A stretch of 64,000 nt of DNA from an uncultured delta proteobacterium (GCA_963816395.1 CAWFKQ010000007.1:64001-128000), one strand, 5' to 3'. Numbered from the stretch's first letter, positions 8,821 through 19,440 are shown. The notes: generated by a model not told the origin, from the sequence alone. Program-made: numbers and translations.

Positions 8821-10075
8821 ATCTCCCCCATGGCCGGCAGCAGCGATGCGCCCTGAACCGCCTGGCGCTGATGGGCGAAAAGGCCCATGATGGAGGAAAG
8901 AACGATCCAGTGGATTTTGGAAATATAGGAAACCTCAGCAAAGTCCATCACCAGAAAGGAGAGGCAGACGAGGAGGACCCAAAAACCGAGTTTCTTCCTT
9001 TCATAATCGTCGCTTCGATACATCCGCATTCCGTCAAGGAGGAAAAAGAAATAGATCGAGTAAAAAACAAGGAAACCCAAAAGCCCGTGGTTAATCAGCA
9101 TTTCCGAATAATTGTTGTGCGAATAGGTCCCGAATGAGGAAATGTAGCGGAACTGGTCGACGCCCCAGCCGAAAACCGGTCTTTGAGACCAGAACTCGAA
9201 GGCATCATTAAGCATGGAAACCCGCGTACTCAGACTTTTTTCCCCTGTATCGGCGCCGGAAGAAAACTGTACACTGACTCTAGGCGTTTAAAATGAGGGG
9301 AAAAAACGATCGCCTGGCCGACGGCCAGGGCCAGGGCGATTCCCCCCGCCACCGAGAAGATTTTCACCTTTTTCCGCTGCCGGGCGACAAAGAACAGGTA
9401 TGCGCTCGCCAGGACCGCGCAGAATACCAGAATCCCTTTTCTGGAGCCGGTCAGAAACATGATCTGGAATCCGAATAACGGAATGCACGCCAGGCTGGAT
9501 AATACGACCCCCTTACGCATCCGTTTGGAACCGGCGAACAGGAGGTTGTAAATGCAGAAGAGTGTCCCCACCAGCAGGGCCAAGGCATAAATGTTTGCAT
9601 TCCCGAGGGTCGAGCCGATCCTTTCCGAAGAGAGAGGGTCCGCATGCCGCATGCCCACCACGATAGCGAACCCCAACCCCGCGAAGACACCGAGTATCAC
9701 CGGCCTCAGATTCCCCGTATTGCAGATCACATTGCTCAGGACGAGCGTCAGCACGAAGAGAAGAGCGAGAGTGCGAACCCGCAGATATCCCTCAGGCGCG
9801 CCCATCAAGCTCCATGCGCTGATCAAGACGAAACAGAAGAACAAAGACAAGGGCCAGGCGAACTTCGGGAAGAAAGATAGTCTCTTGAGCAATGTTTCCA
9901 TGGTAAAGGTAAAGGTCAGGATGATCCCGAAGAGATTGGAATAAATGACGTCTTCGGCGTTAAAGGAAAAACCGATCACGCTCGCCACGTACAAAAAGAT
10001 GAGCCATGTCGTTAGGGTATATTTGCGACCGTTCACCGGCATGGCTTCAAAGGGCGCATAATCAATCATCGACAT
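8817..10075 (-). CDS. O-antigen ligase / Wzy polymerase family membrane protein; frameshift near 9230
   Basis: Many TM segments; ERIG...GNAN, TGSRKG, PVFGWG and YSHNNYSEMLINHGLLG motifs across ORFs 9230..10075 and 8817..9215. Confidence 0.8.
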
Positions 10076-11169
10076 ACCTCTACGTACTCGCGACAGATGC
10101 GGTCCAGGGAGAATTCGCGAGAACGGGCCATTAGACTTTCTCGATCGGCCTTTCCATCCAGAACGGCAGCGATTTTCGCCGCCATTGCGGGGATATCTCC
10201 GACTGGGACCATCTCCCCGAGTTCGCCACCTTTGAGGATCTCCCGGGGGCCGCTCGGACAGTCGGTGCTGACAACCGGACAGCCGCAGGCCATCGCCTGC
10301 AGCAGCACATTCGGCAATCCTTCCCAGGCCGAAGAGAGGACGAATACCTTTGCCCGCCGCATATAAGCGTAAGGATTGCGTACAAACCCGGGGAGACGCA
10401 CACGCCCCAGCAAACCCAACTCATCGACTATGCGTTCGAGATTTTTTCGTTGTGAACCTTCCCCGAGGATGAGCAGGTGCGCCGGACGCTGCCGCTGCAA
10501 CAGGGCGAAAGCCCGGATCAGGGTACCGAAATCTTTCTGCGACTCGAGCTTTCCCACCGCGAGGATCACAGGGGGGCAGTCCGGCTCGAACCAATCCATA
10601 CCAGGCGTCTCGCCGGTGCATTCGGGCGGAATAAGGACTGGATTATAGATCACCTTTGTCCGTGCCTCCGGAAAGCCGGCGAATTCCCTCAGGTCCTGAG
10701 CCACTCCGTTGGAAACGGCTATGATGCCGTCGGCCAAGGGATAGCTGAGTCGAATGGCCATCAGCAAAAGGCGGCCAGCCCGGGATTCGGCTCGATTGAG
10801 CGTCATCGACAGCGTGTTCGCCTGACGGATGAATACCCGGGTTCCGGCCCTGCTCAGTTTTCCTGCCAGGGCGGCCACGATGTTGCACGTATTCAGACTG
10901 GAGATCAGCACGTCGGGTCGGCGCCGGCGCAGGTAGTCCATCAGGCGTGGCAGCGAGTAAATGTTGCGCCGGCACTTCAGATCAAAGATCCTGGCGTTCG
11001 GGGGCACCTCCGTCAGCAGCGGGCCGGTCGCCCGGGTCATCACCAGGTCGACACGATGCCCTTCCGCCAGCAATCCCTCCGCCAGATGTAGAAAGACCCG
11101 CTCGGCGCCGCCGCCATTCAGTGCAGGAAGGAAGAATGCAAAATGTCGAGTCGCATTATTCATCCTCAA
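10066..11169 (-). CDS. Glycosyltransferase family 4
   Basis: GGGAERV, QKDF, FVLSSAWEGLPNVLLQAMACG, STDCPSGPREIL. Confidence 0.92.
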   Translation of the reverse strand: MRMNNATRHFAFFLPALNGGGAERVFLHLAEGLLAEGHRVDLVMTRATGPLLTEVPPNARIFDLKCRRNIYSLPRLMDYLRRRRPDVLISSLNTCNIVAALAGKLSRAGTRVFIRQANTLSMTLNRAESRAGRLLLMAIRLSYPLADGIIAVSNGVAQDLREFAGFPEARTKVIYNPVLIPPECTGETPGMDWFEPDCPPVILAVGKLESQKDFGTLIRAFALLQRQRPAHLLILGEGSQRKNLERIVDELGLLGRVRLPGFVRNPYAYMRRAKVFVLSSAWEGLPNVLLQAMACGCPVVSTDCPSGPREILKGGELGEMVPVGDIPAMAAKIAAVLDGKADRESLMARSREFSLDRICREYVEVCR

Positions 11170-12530
11170 TGCCCCTCCACACTACAAATGGTATAGCGGT
11201 ACTTGCCGGATTCGGTGACGGGGATCTCGGGTACGAAGGCGTAATCGACCCGGCACTCTTCTCCCATCACGAGGCGGATATGGCGAATGATCTCCTCCAT
11301 ATCCGATACCTGCTTCGCCTCCGACTCCGTCGCAGTCTCCTCCGGGGCGACGAGGATACTGATCCGCTCGTAATCGGTCTGGTGTACCAGAAACTGGCGG
11401 ATCCAAGGGCGAAAGTAGAACTCGTGGGTGAAGTATTCCCCATGAACGATGCTGCCGTCGCGAGCAATGAAAGAGTCGGAGACTCTTCCCGAAACCTCCT
11501 GCAACAGCGGCCACTCGCGCCCGCAGAGACAAGATTCCTTCGCCCATGCTCCGCGGTCGCCGATACGGTATCGAATCAGAGGCATCGCAAAGTTCGCAAG
11601 AGATGTCACTACGATCTCCCCGATCTCTCCCGGCCCGGCGGCTGTTCCATCGGGGCGCAGGATTTCCACGAAGTGAGTCGGCAGGGCCACATGCAACCCC
11701 CTATGAGCCTCGCACTCGCAGGCGATATCACCTACTTCCCGTGAACCATAACGGTTGAATACCGGAGCCTGAAAAACGGCCTCGATCGTCTGGCGCACCG
11801 ATTCGAAGAGGGTCCCGGCGGTGACCATCACACTCGACGGGGAATGAACCCGCAGTCCCGCGCGCCGAATGAAACGGGCGAGTTGATAGGCGCTCTCAAC
11901 ATAGGCAAGGATCTGCACCGGACGAAAATCGTTGATGTGACGCACATAATCACGCATCTGCGCTGGCGTCATGCGGAAGGCATTCAGCCAAAGTTCTTGC
12001 CGCAGCCATCGCCCAAGCCGCACCCGGACCGTTTCCCGGCCGACAAACAGATCCCGCGTCGATCCCCAGAGTTTGACCTGCCTCCCGCCGAAACCGTGCC
12101 CCGACCACTCGTTAAAGAGGTATTTGATGGCCTGTTTCCGGACGGCATATTCGCGGTCCTGCAGGAACCGGACGGGGTTCCCAGTGGAGCCACCAGAGGT
12201 ATTGGCGTAGATACGCCGGCCGTTCTCGAACGGAGCCGCCAGTTCGTTGAATCGATGGCGCAGAATTTCCTTGTCTAGCAATGGGATCGCGGGCCAACAG
12301 TCCATCCGAATCCTGCCGTTCCCTACTATGCCGGACTCTGGCAGCAGATTCCGGTAATAGGGAACCTCAGTAGCGGCGAATTTTAGCAAATCGGCAAGCA
12401 ATTGCAGTTGGAGGTCGCTGCAGCTGTGGGCTGGCAGGTGCTGCCACGCTCGATACTGCCGCAGCCACTCGCGGGAAGCACCGCGCCGATTTAGAATACT
12501 GGAGTAAATCCTCGTCTTCAGCCCTTCCAT
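11166..12530 (-). CDS. Phenylacetate-CoA ligase family (CapK-like) protein
   Basis: TSGGSTGNP P-loop, YGSREVG, MPLIRYRIGD, SGKYRY. Confidence 0.88.
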   Translation of the reverse strand: MEGLKTRIYSSILNRRGASREWLRQYRAWQHLPAHSCSDLQLQLLADLLKFAATEVPYYRNLLPESGIVGNGRIRMDCWPAIPLLDKEILRHRFNELAAPFENGRRIYANTSGGSTGNPVRFLQDREYAVRKQAIKYLFNEWSGHGFGGRQVKLWGSTRDLFVGRETVRVRLGRWLRQELWLNAFRMTPAQMRDYVRHINDFRPVQILAYVESAYQLARFIRRAGLRVHSPSSVMVTAGTLFESVRQTIEAVFQAPVFNRYGSREVGDIACECEAHRGLHVALPTHFVEILRPDGTAAGPGEIGEIVVTSLANFAMPLIRYRIGDRGAWAKESCLCGREWPLLQEVSGRVSDSFIARDGSIVHGEYFTHEFYFRPWIRQFLVHQTDYERISILVAPEETATESEAKQVSDMEEIIRHIRLVMGEECRVDYAFVPEIPVTESGKYRYTICSVEGH

Positions 12531-12549
12531 TCCCCCCCCTATCGGCCGT

Positions 12550-13885
12550 TCACCCGTTTCCAGCCTTCTGCAGGATCGGTTTAAGTGCCGATCGTAAAGA
12601 GTCGTTGATAAAGTCGAAATCTGATCTCTTTAGGCGAAAGATGTACGCCGCCCGGAAACCGCTGTGGCGAAGAAAGAAGAACATCAGGATGGCGAAACTC
12701 ACCAGATAGCTGCCGACCACGCCGATCGCAGCGCCAAGCAACCCCAGGCGCGGCAGAAGCAGATATAGTAGGGCAACGTTCGACAAGGCGCCGGCCGCAA
12801 CGCTTAGAGAGGCCGTCCCCGGGCGATTGGTCCCGAGCAGATACGGTTCAAGGACCTTGGAACCGCAGCGCAGCATCATCCCGAACGCCAGAATTTGAAT
12901 CACCGGCACTGCCGGCAAAAAAAGCAGGGGAGAAAAGGATAATCACCAGCGGGTGCGCCAACAGCGCAAGCACCAGGAGAAGAAAACCGCAGGTCATGGT
13001 AGTGAGACGAAAACATTGAGCAACGAGGTCCTTGCGGCCTTCCTGGTCACCAGCAATCCGGGGGCTCAGAACCTTGGTGAGAGAATCGGGGATGATCATG
13101 ATCTGGGTCATCAACTGTATCGCCACCGCGAACATCCCGATTTCGGCCGGCGCCGAAAAAAATGCCATAATCATCGTTCCCATCTGGACATTGACTTGGT
13201 TGCTCACCTTCCCCACGTAATATTTGCTTCCGTAAACGAGAATCTTCTTCATTCCGTCGACTGTGGGGCGAGCCCATCCTGCATTGAACCTGATACGCAA
13301 GAGGTAAAGAGCCAATAATACAGTGAGCCCTTGACTAAGGAAGTTCGCCCAAAGGGCGCCCTCAACCCCTGCTCTAAACAACCAAACGAGGGTCAAGGTG
13401 AAGATGAGATTCGAAACGGCGCTCAAAACCGCAATGGTGGAAAAACAGGCAACCTCCTTCAGGGCAACAATCAGCCGCTGAAAACCGGAGGTAAATACAC
13501 CACAGGGGATGGTCGCGATCGCTATGTAGAATTGTGCTCGCGTGGCCTTGGAAAGAAATTCGAAGGGAAACTGTAGAATGATCAGCCCCGCCGTAACCGC
13601 CAACAGAGAACCGATCAGGCCGTAGATGATGGTGTAGACGAGTCCTTCAGACAAAGTGAACCGTCTGGAAGCGACAAAATAGAGACTCGCCGAATCGCAC
13701 CCTAGAAGAAAGACAAGGGTCAGCATTGCTCCGAAAAGAATGCAGACGGCATAGGCGCCGCGCCCGCTCGGCCCCAGAATCCAGGCAAGGCAACTCTGCC
13801 CACCAAGGGCTGTCGCCAGTACGACGATACGGGAAATAAACGTAACGCCGAAATCGAAAAAGGCTACTCCCGCTTTTTTCTCCAA
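12550..13885 (-). CDS. Oligosaccharide flippase (Wzx-like); frameshift at the A-run near 12917
   Basis: Multi-TM, ILGPSGRGAYA motif, polysaccharide-locus context; ORFs 12848..13885 and 12550..12918. Confidence 0.82.
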
Positions 13886-13941
13886 AGGCTAGTCCTATCA
13901 ACAGCCTGTTCCCGCCATCGGGAGCTGCTGTTGTGATTTTT

Positions 13942-14871
13942 TTAATTCTCCTGCAACCAGGGCATCCGTGCACGGATTCCCCGCCACCTCATGCCACGTA
14001 CGCCATTGAAGACCCAGCGACCGAAGGAGATGCTGAGAAGTAAAAGGTAAAATTCAGGCCGCTTCCAATCGATTGCAATTGCCTGCCGGATCTCAGCACG
14101 GCTTTTCGCCAATTCACCCTGGAGCGCATAGAGATGGCCGTTTCGGAAATAGAACTGCGCCAAGGCCCTTGGGTCCTGTTGCAAATCCGGGGCGATCTTG
14201 AGAAACAGCCGCTGCCTGGCGGTCAGTTTCTTTCCTATATCACTGCTGATACGATGGGAATGGACGTAGATAGTGGCCAGGCTTTCCCGGAGGAAATCTA
14301 TCTGCCCAATCCTGGCAACGCGCAGCCACAGGTCCCAGTCCTGGCAGCTTGGTAGATCTGGATCAAAGGCGCCGGTCCTCTCGATGATCTCCCGGGTCAG
14401 CAGGACGGTCGAGGTGGGACCGACATGGTTGGCCGTGAGGAGATCGGAGAAAAGATCTCCTCGGCGGCTCGGCACCCGTGACTTGATCAGTTCCCCGGAG
14501 GCCTGATCGACATAACGGCATCCGGTGTAAATTAGATCAGCCTGGGTGTTCTTGGCTGCCTTCACCTGCAGATCCAATTTCTCGTCGTCCCAAGAGTCAT
14601 CGTCATCAATAAAAGCAATATACTTTCCTTTTGCCTGTTCTATTCCGATATTTCTAGCCTGAGATCCGCCCTTCGATGAAGAATTCCGGAAATACTTTAT
14701 ACGCTTATCGGCAATTACCGCTATGACTATATCTGTTCCATCCGTGCTGCCGTCATCGATGATAATGAATTCAAAGTTCTTGAATGACTGGCACAAAACG
14801 CTTCTGATCGATCTCTCTACAAGCTTGGCTCGATTGCAGGTAGGCATAATCACACTTACTTCGGGAACCAT
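13942..14871 (-). CDS. Glycosyltransferase family 2
   Basis: VSVIMPT.NR, IIDDGSTD, ARNIG, AFIDDDD, QDWDLWLR. Confidence 0.93.
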   Translation of the reverse strand: MVPEVSVIMPTCNRAKLVERSIRSVLCQSFKNFEFIIIDDGSTDGTDIVIAVIADKRIKYFRNSSSKGGSQARNIGIEQAKGKYIAFIDDDDSWDDEKLDLQVKAAKNTQADLIYTGCRYVDQASGELIKSRVPSRRGDLFSDLLTANHVGPTSTVLLTREIIERTGAFDPDLPSCQDWDLWLRVARIGQIDFLRESLATIYVHSHRISSDIGKKLTARQRLFLKIAPDLQQDPRALAQFYFRNGHLYALQGELAKSRAEIRQAIAIDWKRPEFYLLLLSISFGRWVFNGVRGMRWRGIRARMPWLQEN

Positions 14872-15110
14872 TCCTGATTAATCTCCTAAAAAGTCATGAT
14901 TCTTGAGTGGAGGCCTGCGGAGAACTTACCATCCGGAATATTTTTAATTAAAGTCCAAGCGCCTAATAAAGTGCATGTGAAATTTTTCATTACTAATATT
15001 CCTCGGATTTCGTCCTTGTCAAGGAAGGGCAAAGCGACGAAATCGTGTGGATGGGGTGGAAAACCAAAAGAAGGCGGGAAAGACCCGGGTTCCGAAACAA
15101 AAAAAACATT

Positions 15111-16322
15111 TCAAGGCTGTTTTAGGAGAGAAAAAATCATCCCGGCGGGGATATAGATACTGCGGGGGTGTTCAGGGTCGGGTTCAACCGACCGATAAAT
15201 CTTCTCTGAAACGGCCAGGATCTTTCCGGTGCTGTCCCACCTGCCCATCATTGTCCAAGGCGATATGGCGAACCTTTCGATCTTTTCTTTAGGGACGCCG
15301 CTGCCATCGATCTTAAACGGCATAACATCCACGATCTTCCCGTCGCCGATTACGAAATATACTAGAGTGACGGCGATCCGATCCATGTACCCCGGCTCTC
15401 CGAAAATGCTAAACCCTTCTGCCGTCAGGTCCGCAGCCGCCTGCACGGTATATCTCGCATAATGACAGGGTTGGGCGCCGAACGAGGTCTCCCCCAGGAT
15501 CGGCATCCCGTGGTCCCACATGGCCGCTACTCCAATCGGGGTGGGCACCTCGCGGATCTGCGATTGAATGATAAGGGCCATTCGCAAGGCCTCGTCTTCA
15601 TAACTTTTTTCCCCCGTCAGGCGGGCCATGTAATAGTGATATCGAATCCACTGCACATAGACATGCGTCAGCTTCTTTTCAAGAAAAGGAAACCCGCTTG
15701 GAACGTGTTTGCGCCTCCGCCATTTCGCCTCGAACTGGTTCTTCAGATAATTCGTCCAGAAATGTGCCCTTTCGGCATAGCGTGGATCAAGATCGCGGTT
15801 GATGTAAAAGGCATATGCCATACTGGCGACTAGCGCGTGCGAAAGCATCTCATCCATCTCGTGCGCATCGGTCCCGATATATTCTGGATCGTGATTGTAA
15901 AGCCAGTTCACGTAGCCATCGACCTCAGGTTGTTTCCCACCTTTTTTCAGAACAGACCAGTCCCGAAGTTGTCCCCGCATCAATTCTGAAAGACGGCCCA
16001 CCTCATCCAGAAGCCTTCGGTCACCCGTAACCCGCAGAACCTGCAAAATCGAAGTTATGTGGGTATTCAAAGCTCGGCCATAATTGTACGTGTCATTGCT
16101 GCGGGCAAGTTCCGTGGCGTTGAGATACTGATTGCTGTTCTGCAGCCCGGCCCAAAAACGGTCGTACCACAACCGGACCGACGGCGACAGCCGCTCGCGG
16201 CTGAAATCGGGGTCTATACGCAGTGAAAGAGAAGAACGACTTGGTCCAGTCGCTGTCGTAGCAACAGTAGGCAAGGTGGTAAAAAGGGAAAGAATCAGCG
16301 TAACGACAATGATCCGGAGCAT
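15111..16322 (-). CDS. Secreted protein of unknown function; paralog of the C-terminal domain of 16460..19264
   Basis: Signal-peptide-like N-terminus, RBS GGAG, long identical blocks shared with the upstream gene. Confidence 0.85.
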   Translation of the reverse strand: MLRIIVVTLILSLFTTLPTVATTATGPSRSSLSLRIDPDFSRERLSPSVRLWYDRFWAGLQNSNQYLNATELARSNDTYNYGRALNTHITSILQVLRVTGDRRLLDEVGRLSELMRGQLRDWSVLKKGGKQPEVDGYVNWLYNHDPEYIGTDAHEMDEMLSHALVASMAYAFYINRDLDPRYAERAHFWTNYLKNQFEAKWRRRKHVPSGFPFLEKKLTHVYVQWIRYHYYMARLTGEKSYEDEALRMALIIQSQIREVPTPIGVAAMWDHGMPILGETSFGAQPCHYARYTVQAAADLTAEGFSIFGEPGYMDRIAVTLVYFVIGDGKIVDVMPFKIDGSGVPKEKIERFAISPWTMMGRWDSTGKILAVSEKIYRSVEPDPEHPRSIYIPAGMIFSLLKQP

Positions 16323-16396
16323 GGAGGCTCCTCCACCTCAATGGAGAATTTTCTCTCCAATAACAGACTCTGATAACAAATCAAGTATTCACGAAT

Positions 16397-16431
16397 AAAA
16401 AAAAGACCCCCTCCATTGGTCGGAGGGGGTC
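16397..16431 (-). terminator. Rho-independent terminator
   Basis: GACCCCCTCC-loop-GGAGGGGGTC followed by T8 on the minus strand, just after the lipoprotein stop. Confidence 0.88.
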
Positions 16432-16459
16432 ACGGCAGCCAGTAAATCCAGCGAGATGA

Positions 16460-19264
16460 TTAGCGCATCAGCATGTAGAGCATGCCGGCGGGGAAATAGA
16501 TCCGCCGCGGGTTGTCCGGAGAAGATTCGATCGACTTGTAGACACGCTCGGTTTCACTCTGGATTTTCCCCGTATTGTCCCAACGCCCCAGCATCGCCCA
16601 TGGTGAAATGGAATAACGGTCGTAAGATTCGGCGGTTCCGCTGCCATCGATATTGCCGGCGTAGGAACTGGTAGAATTCATGATGAAATAGGACAAAGTA
16701 TTTGCCATACGGTTCATAAACCCGGTCTGGCCGAAAATGTTGAAGCCTTCGGCAGCGAGATCAGCAGCCGCTTGTACCGTGTAGCGGGCATAATGGGTCG
16801 GTTGAGGCCCATAAGTGGAACTGGCCCCTACAAGCGTCATGCCATGGTACCAGAAATCCGCCGTTCCGATCGGCGTGGAAACCTGCTGGATCTCGTCCTG
16901 GATGTTCCCGGCCATGCGCACCGCCTCATCCATGTAGGCCTGATTACCTGTCAACTTGGCCATGTAATAATGGTAGCGAATCCACTGAAGGTAAGCGTGC
17001 GTCAGTTCTTTTGTAAGGAACGGAAAGCCGGTAGGAATGTTTTTGCGCTTGCGCCATTTGGCTTCGAATTGATTTTTCAGGTAATCGGTCCAGAACTGCG
17101 CTCGCTCAGCGTAGCGCGAGTCGAGGTCCCGGTTGACATAGAAAGCATACGCGAAGGAGGCAACCAATGAATGGGCGAGCATCTCATCCATTTGTTGAAC
17201 GTCCGTTCCGATATATCCGGCATCGTAATTGTAAAGCCAGTTGAGATATCCATCGGCCTGATACACTGTACCGTCTTTGGTCAAAATCGACCAGTCCTTG
17301 AGCTGAGCGCGCATCAACTGAGCCAACCGGTCTACCTCATCCAGAAGCCGCCGGTCGCCGGTGAGCCGGAAGACCTGCAGGATAGTCGTAATGTGCGTAT
17401 TTAGCGGCCGGCCGTAGTTGTAGGTATCGTTGCTGCTGGCCAGACTCGTTGCATTGGGGTACTGGCTGGGATTCTGCAGAGAGGCCAGGAATCGGTCGTA
17501 CCAGAGACGCACCTCGGGAGACAGGCTATCCTCGGTGAAATTTGGATCCACACGGAGAGAAAGAGCTGTCCGGGTGGTCGGTGTCGGGGGGGTAGGGGTA
17601 GGGGTCGGCGACGGATCGGTAGTTACCGAACCCGCCGTAGCACACACCTTGTTTGACTTTGGAAACTGGTTCGGATCAATCTGCAGAAACCGACCTTCGA
17701 TCTCGAAACAATGCTCCACGCCGGTAGTCAGGCCGCTGAGGACTTCGTTCAATGAGGTGGTCCGATTGGTGGCATTGGTATCCACGCCATCGATCCAGGT
17801 GTCATAACCTCCGCTCGGCAATTCCCCATCCTGCGACCAGTTGAGAACGAAACTGGTGCCATTGGTGGTGACCGAATCGAGGACCGGCGCGGGGTAGGTC
17901 ACGGGCGTCGGGGTCGGCGTGGGAGTCGGATCCGGTGGGAGTCGGTCCGGGGTCGGCGTGGGGGTCGGGTCCGGAGTGGGTGCCGCAACGTCGTTGGCGG
18001 TCACCGTCACCACGCTGGCGGCACTGTCGTTTTTGCCGTCGTTCACCACCAGGCTGACCTGGTAGCTGCCGGCAAGGTCGGCGACAAAGGTGGGAGTGGC
18101 CGCCGACGCATTGGAAAACGCCGCGGCGCTTCCCGCCGGTTTGGCCACAAAGGACCACTTATAGGTGAGAGGATCGCCGTCGGGATCGGAGCTGCCGGTG
18201 CCGTTCAGCTGCACGGTGTCGCCGGCCATAACGCTCTGGGGCCCGCTCGCCACGGCGACCGGCGGCGTATTCTTGCCGACGTTTTTCCCTGCATTTTTGT
18301 TCCAACTCTCCAGCATCACCACCGGCACTTCCTCGGGCTGCACATTCGGCAGCTGGCCGGCGGCGATGGCGTTTTCCACGCTATCCTGGCCCCTGTTCTC
18401 CTGGGCATAGTAGAACAGCATCAGGTCCGGCGCCGCACCCATGACATAGGAGGCCTCGCTGACCGGATCGAGAGTGGGATCGGCTTTCATGCCGGTCACC
18501 ATATCTTCGACAATGGCGGTCGCCGACTGCACGAAAAGGGCGGCGCGTTCCGCAGCGGGGACCATCGATGCCACCTGGGAATCGGCCGTCACCTGTGAGA
18601 AGCTATCCTGGTTCAGAACGGACTTGACCATGGCGACCACTTGCGTAAACCGGTCGCTGCTGTTCGCCATGTCGGCTCCGTTCATACCGTAATTTCCGTT
18701 GATGGCGAGAAAGGCGTTGATCGCCAGGTTGGCTTGCAGCCGGAGGATGTTCTGGTCGCTGATGGTCGAGGCTCCGCCCACGCCCGCCATCGGGTCGGCG
18801 AGCAGGTCATCCCCGGTCACTCCGGCGATGCCGGCACCTTTGAGCGCGGCAAGGAGTTCGTCTGCCGTCATGCCGTTGGCGAGCAGGGTGGTAATCGGCG
18901 AAACCACCAGCGGCTCCTGTCCCGCGACGATCCGCTTCAGGATGCCGTTAAAGGGCATTCCGTTATGCTGCCCCTGGGCTCCCGGCTTCATCTGGATGGT
19001 GGAGCCGGCGGTCAAAGGTTTGGAAAAAGTGAAATGTCCCTGCTGGTCGGAAGGGGTTGATTCCTGCAGCGCTGCCCCGCCCTGGGCCGGAATCTCCTGG
19101 AATACGGAGCCGACGAAATAGGGATCAACCGCGGTGCCGCTGGTCGGCCCAACCGGACCGGCCGATGTTCCCCCTCCTCCGCCTCCGCCGCCGCATCCGG
19201 CGAAAGCGAGAACCGCCAAGGCGGTTATCACCACACTGATCCATCTGCTGATACTTCTCTTCAT
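16460..19264 (-). CDS. Large surface lipoprotein: N-terminal domain, PKD/Ig-like domain, Pro-Thr linkers, FN3-like domain and unknown C-terminal domain
   Basis: Lipobox LAFAG-C followed by a Gly8 tether; NTPPVAVA...LNGTGSSDPDGDPLTYKWS PKD-like motif; two PT linkers. Start placed at ATG 19264 because AAGGAG precedes it (ORF track starts at 19294). Confidence 0.85.
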   Translation of the reverse strand: MKRSISRWISVVITALAVLAFAGCGGGGGGGGTSAGPVGPTSGTAVDPYFVGSVFQEIPAQGGAALQESTPSDQQGHFTFSKPLTAGSTIQMKPGAQGQHNGMPFNGILKRIVAGQEPLVVSPITTLLANGMTADELLAALKGAGIAGVTGDDLLADPMAGVGGASTISDQNILRLQANLAINAFLAINGNYGMNGADMANSSDRFTQVVAMVKSVLNQDSFSQVTADSQVASMVPAAERAALFVQSATAIVEDMVTGMKADPTLDPVSEASYVMGAAPDLMLFYYAQENRGQDSVENAIAAGQLPNVQPEEVPVVMLESWNKNAGKNVGKNTPPVAVASGPQSVMAGDTVQLNGTGSSDPDGDPLTYKWSFVAKPAGSAAAFSNASAATPTFVADLAGSYQVSLVVNDGKNDSAASVVTVTANDVAAPTPDPTPTPTPDRLPPDPTPTPTPTPVTYPAPVLDSVTTNGTSFVLNWSQDGELPSGGYDTWIDGVDTNATNRTTSLNEVLSGLTTGVEHCFEIEGRFLQIDPNQFPKSNKVCATAGSVTTDPSPTPTPTPPTPTTRTALSLRVDPNFTEDSLSPEVRLWYDRFLASLQNPSQYPNATSLASSNDTYNYGRPLNTHITTILQVFRLTGDRRLLDEVDRLAQLMRAQLKDWSILTKDGTVYQADGYLNWLYNYDAGYIGTDVQQMDEMLAHSLVASFAYAFYVNRDLDSRYAERAQFWTDYLKNQFEAKWRKRKNIPTGFPFLTKELTHAYLQWIRYHYYMAKLTGNQAYMDEAVRMAGNIQDEIQQVSTPIGTADFWYHGMTLVGASSTYGPQPTHYARYTVQAAADLAAEGFNIFGQTGFMNRMANTLSYFIMNSTSSYAGNIDGSGTAESYDRYSISPWAMLGRWDNTGKIQSETERVYKSIESSPDNPRRIYFPAGMLYMLMR

Positions 19265-19337
19265 GCTTACACTCCTTTTGCTCTGATTTTCCATTTAAGA
19301 GGACAACGCCGATGTCCTTGGCGCAGGAGTGCACTTG

Positions 19338-19354
19338 TGCTAGATGGATGCCAA
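19338..19354 (-). promoter_or_regulatory. Sigma-54 (-24/-12) promoter
   Basis: TTGGCATCCATCTAGCA = TGG-N10-GC, about 75 bp upstream of the lipoprotein start. Confidence 0.7.
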
Positions 19355-19440
19355 GCGGTAATTTTTCGATCAATAGATGAAGAGGGAGTTCATTGGATTT
19401 TTGATAAGAAAGAACAAGCGGTTAATATCATTGTCTGCTC

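Noticed and set aside
16460..19264. Large lipoprotein as a multiheme cytochrome or PEP-CTERM protein
   Set aside because: It has no CxxCH motifs and no C-terminal PEP-TM-basic sorting signal.
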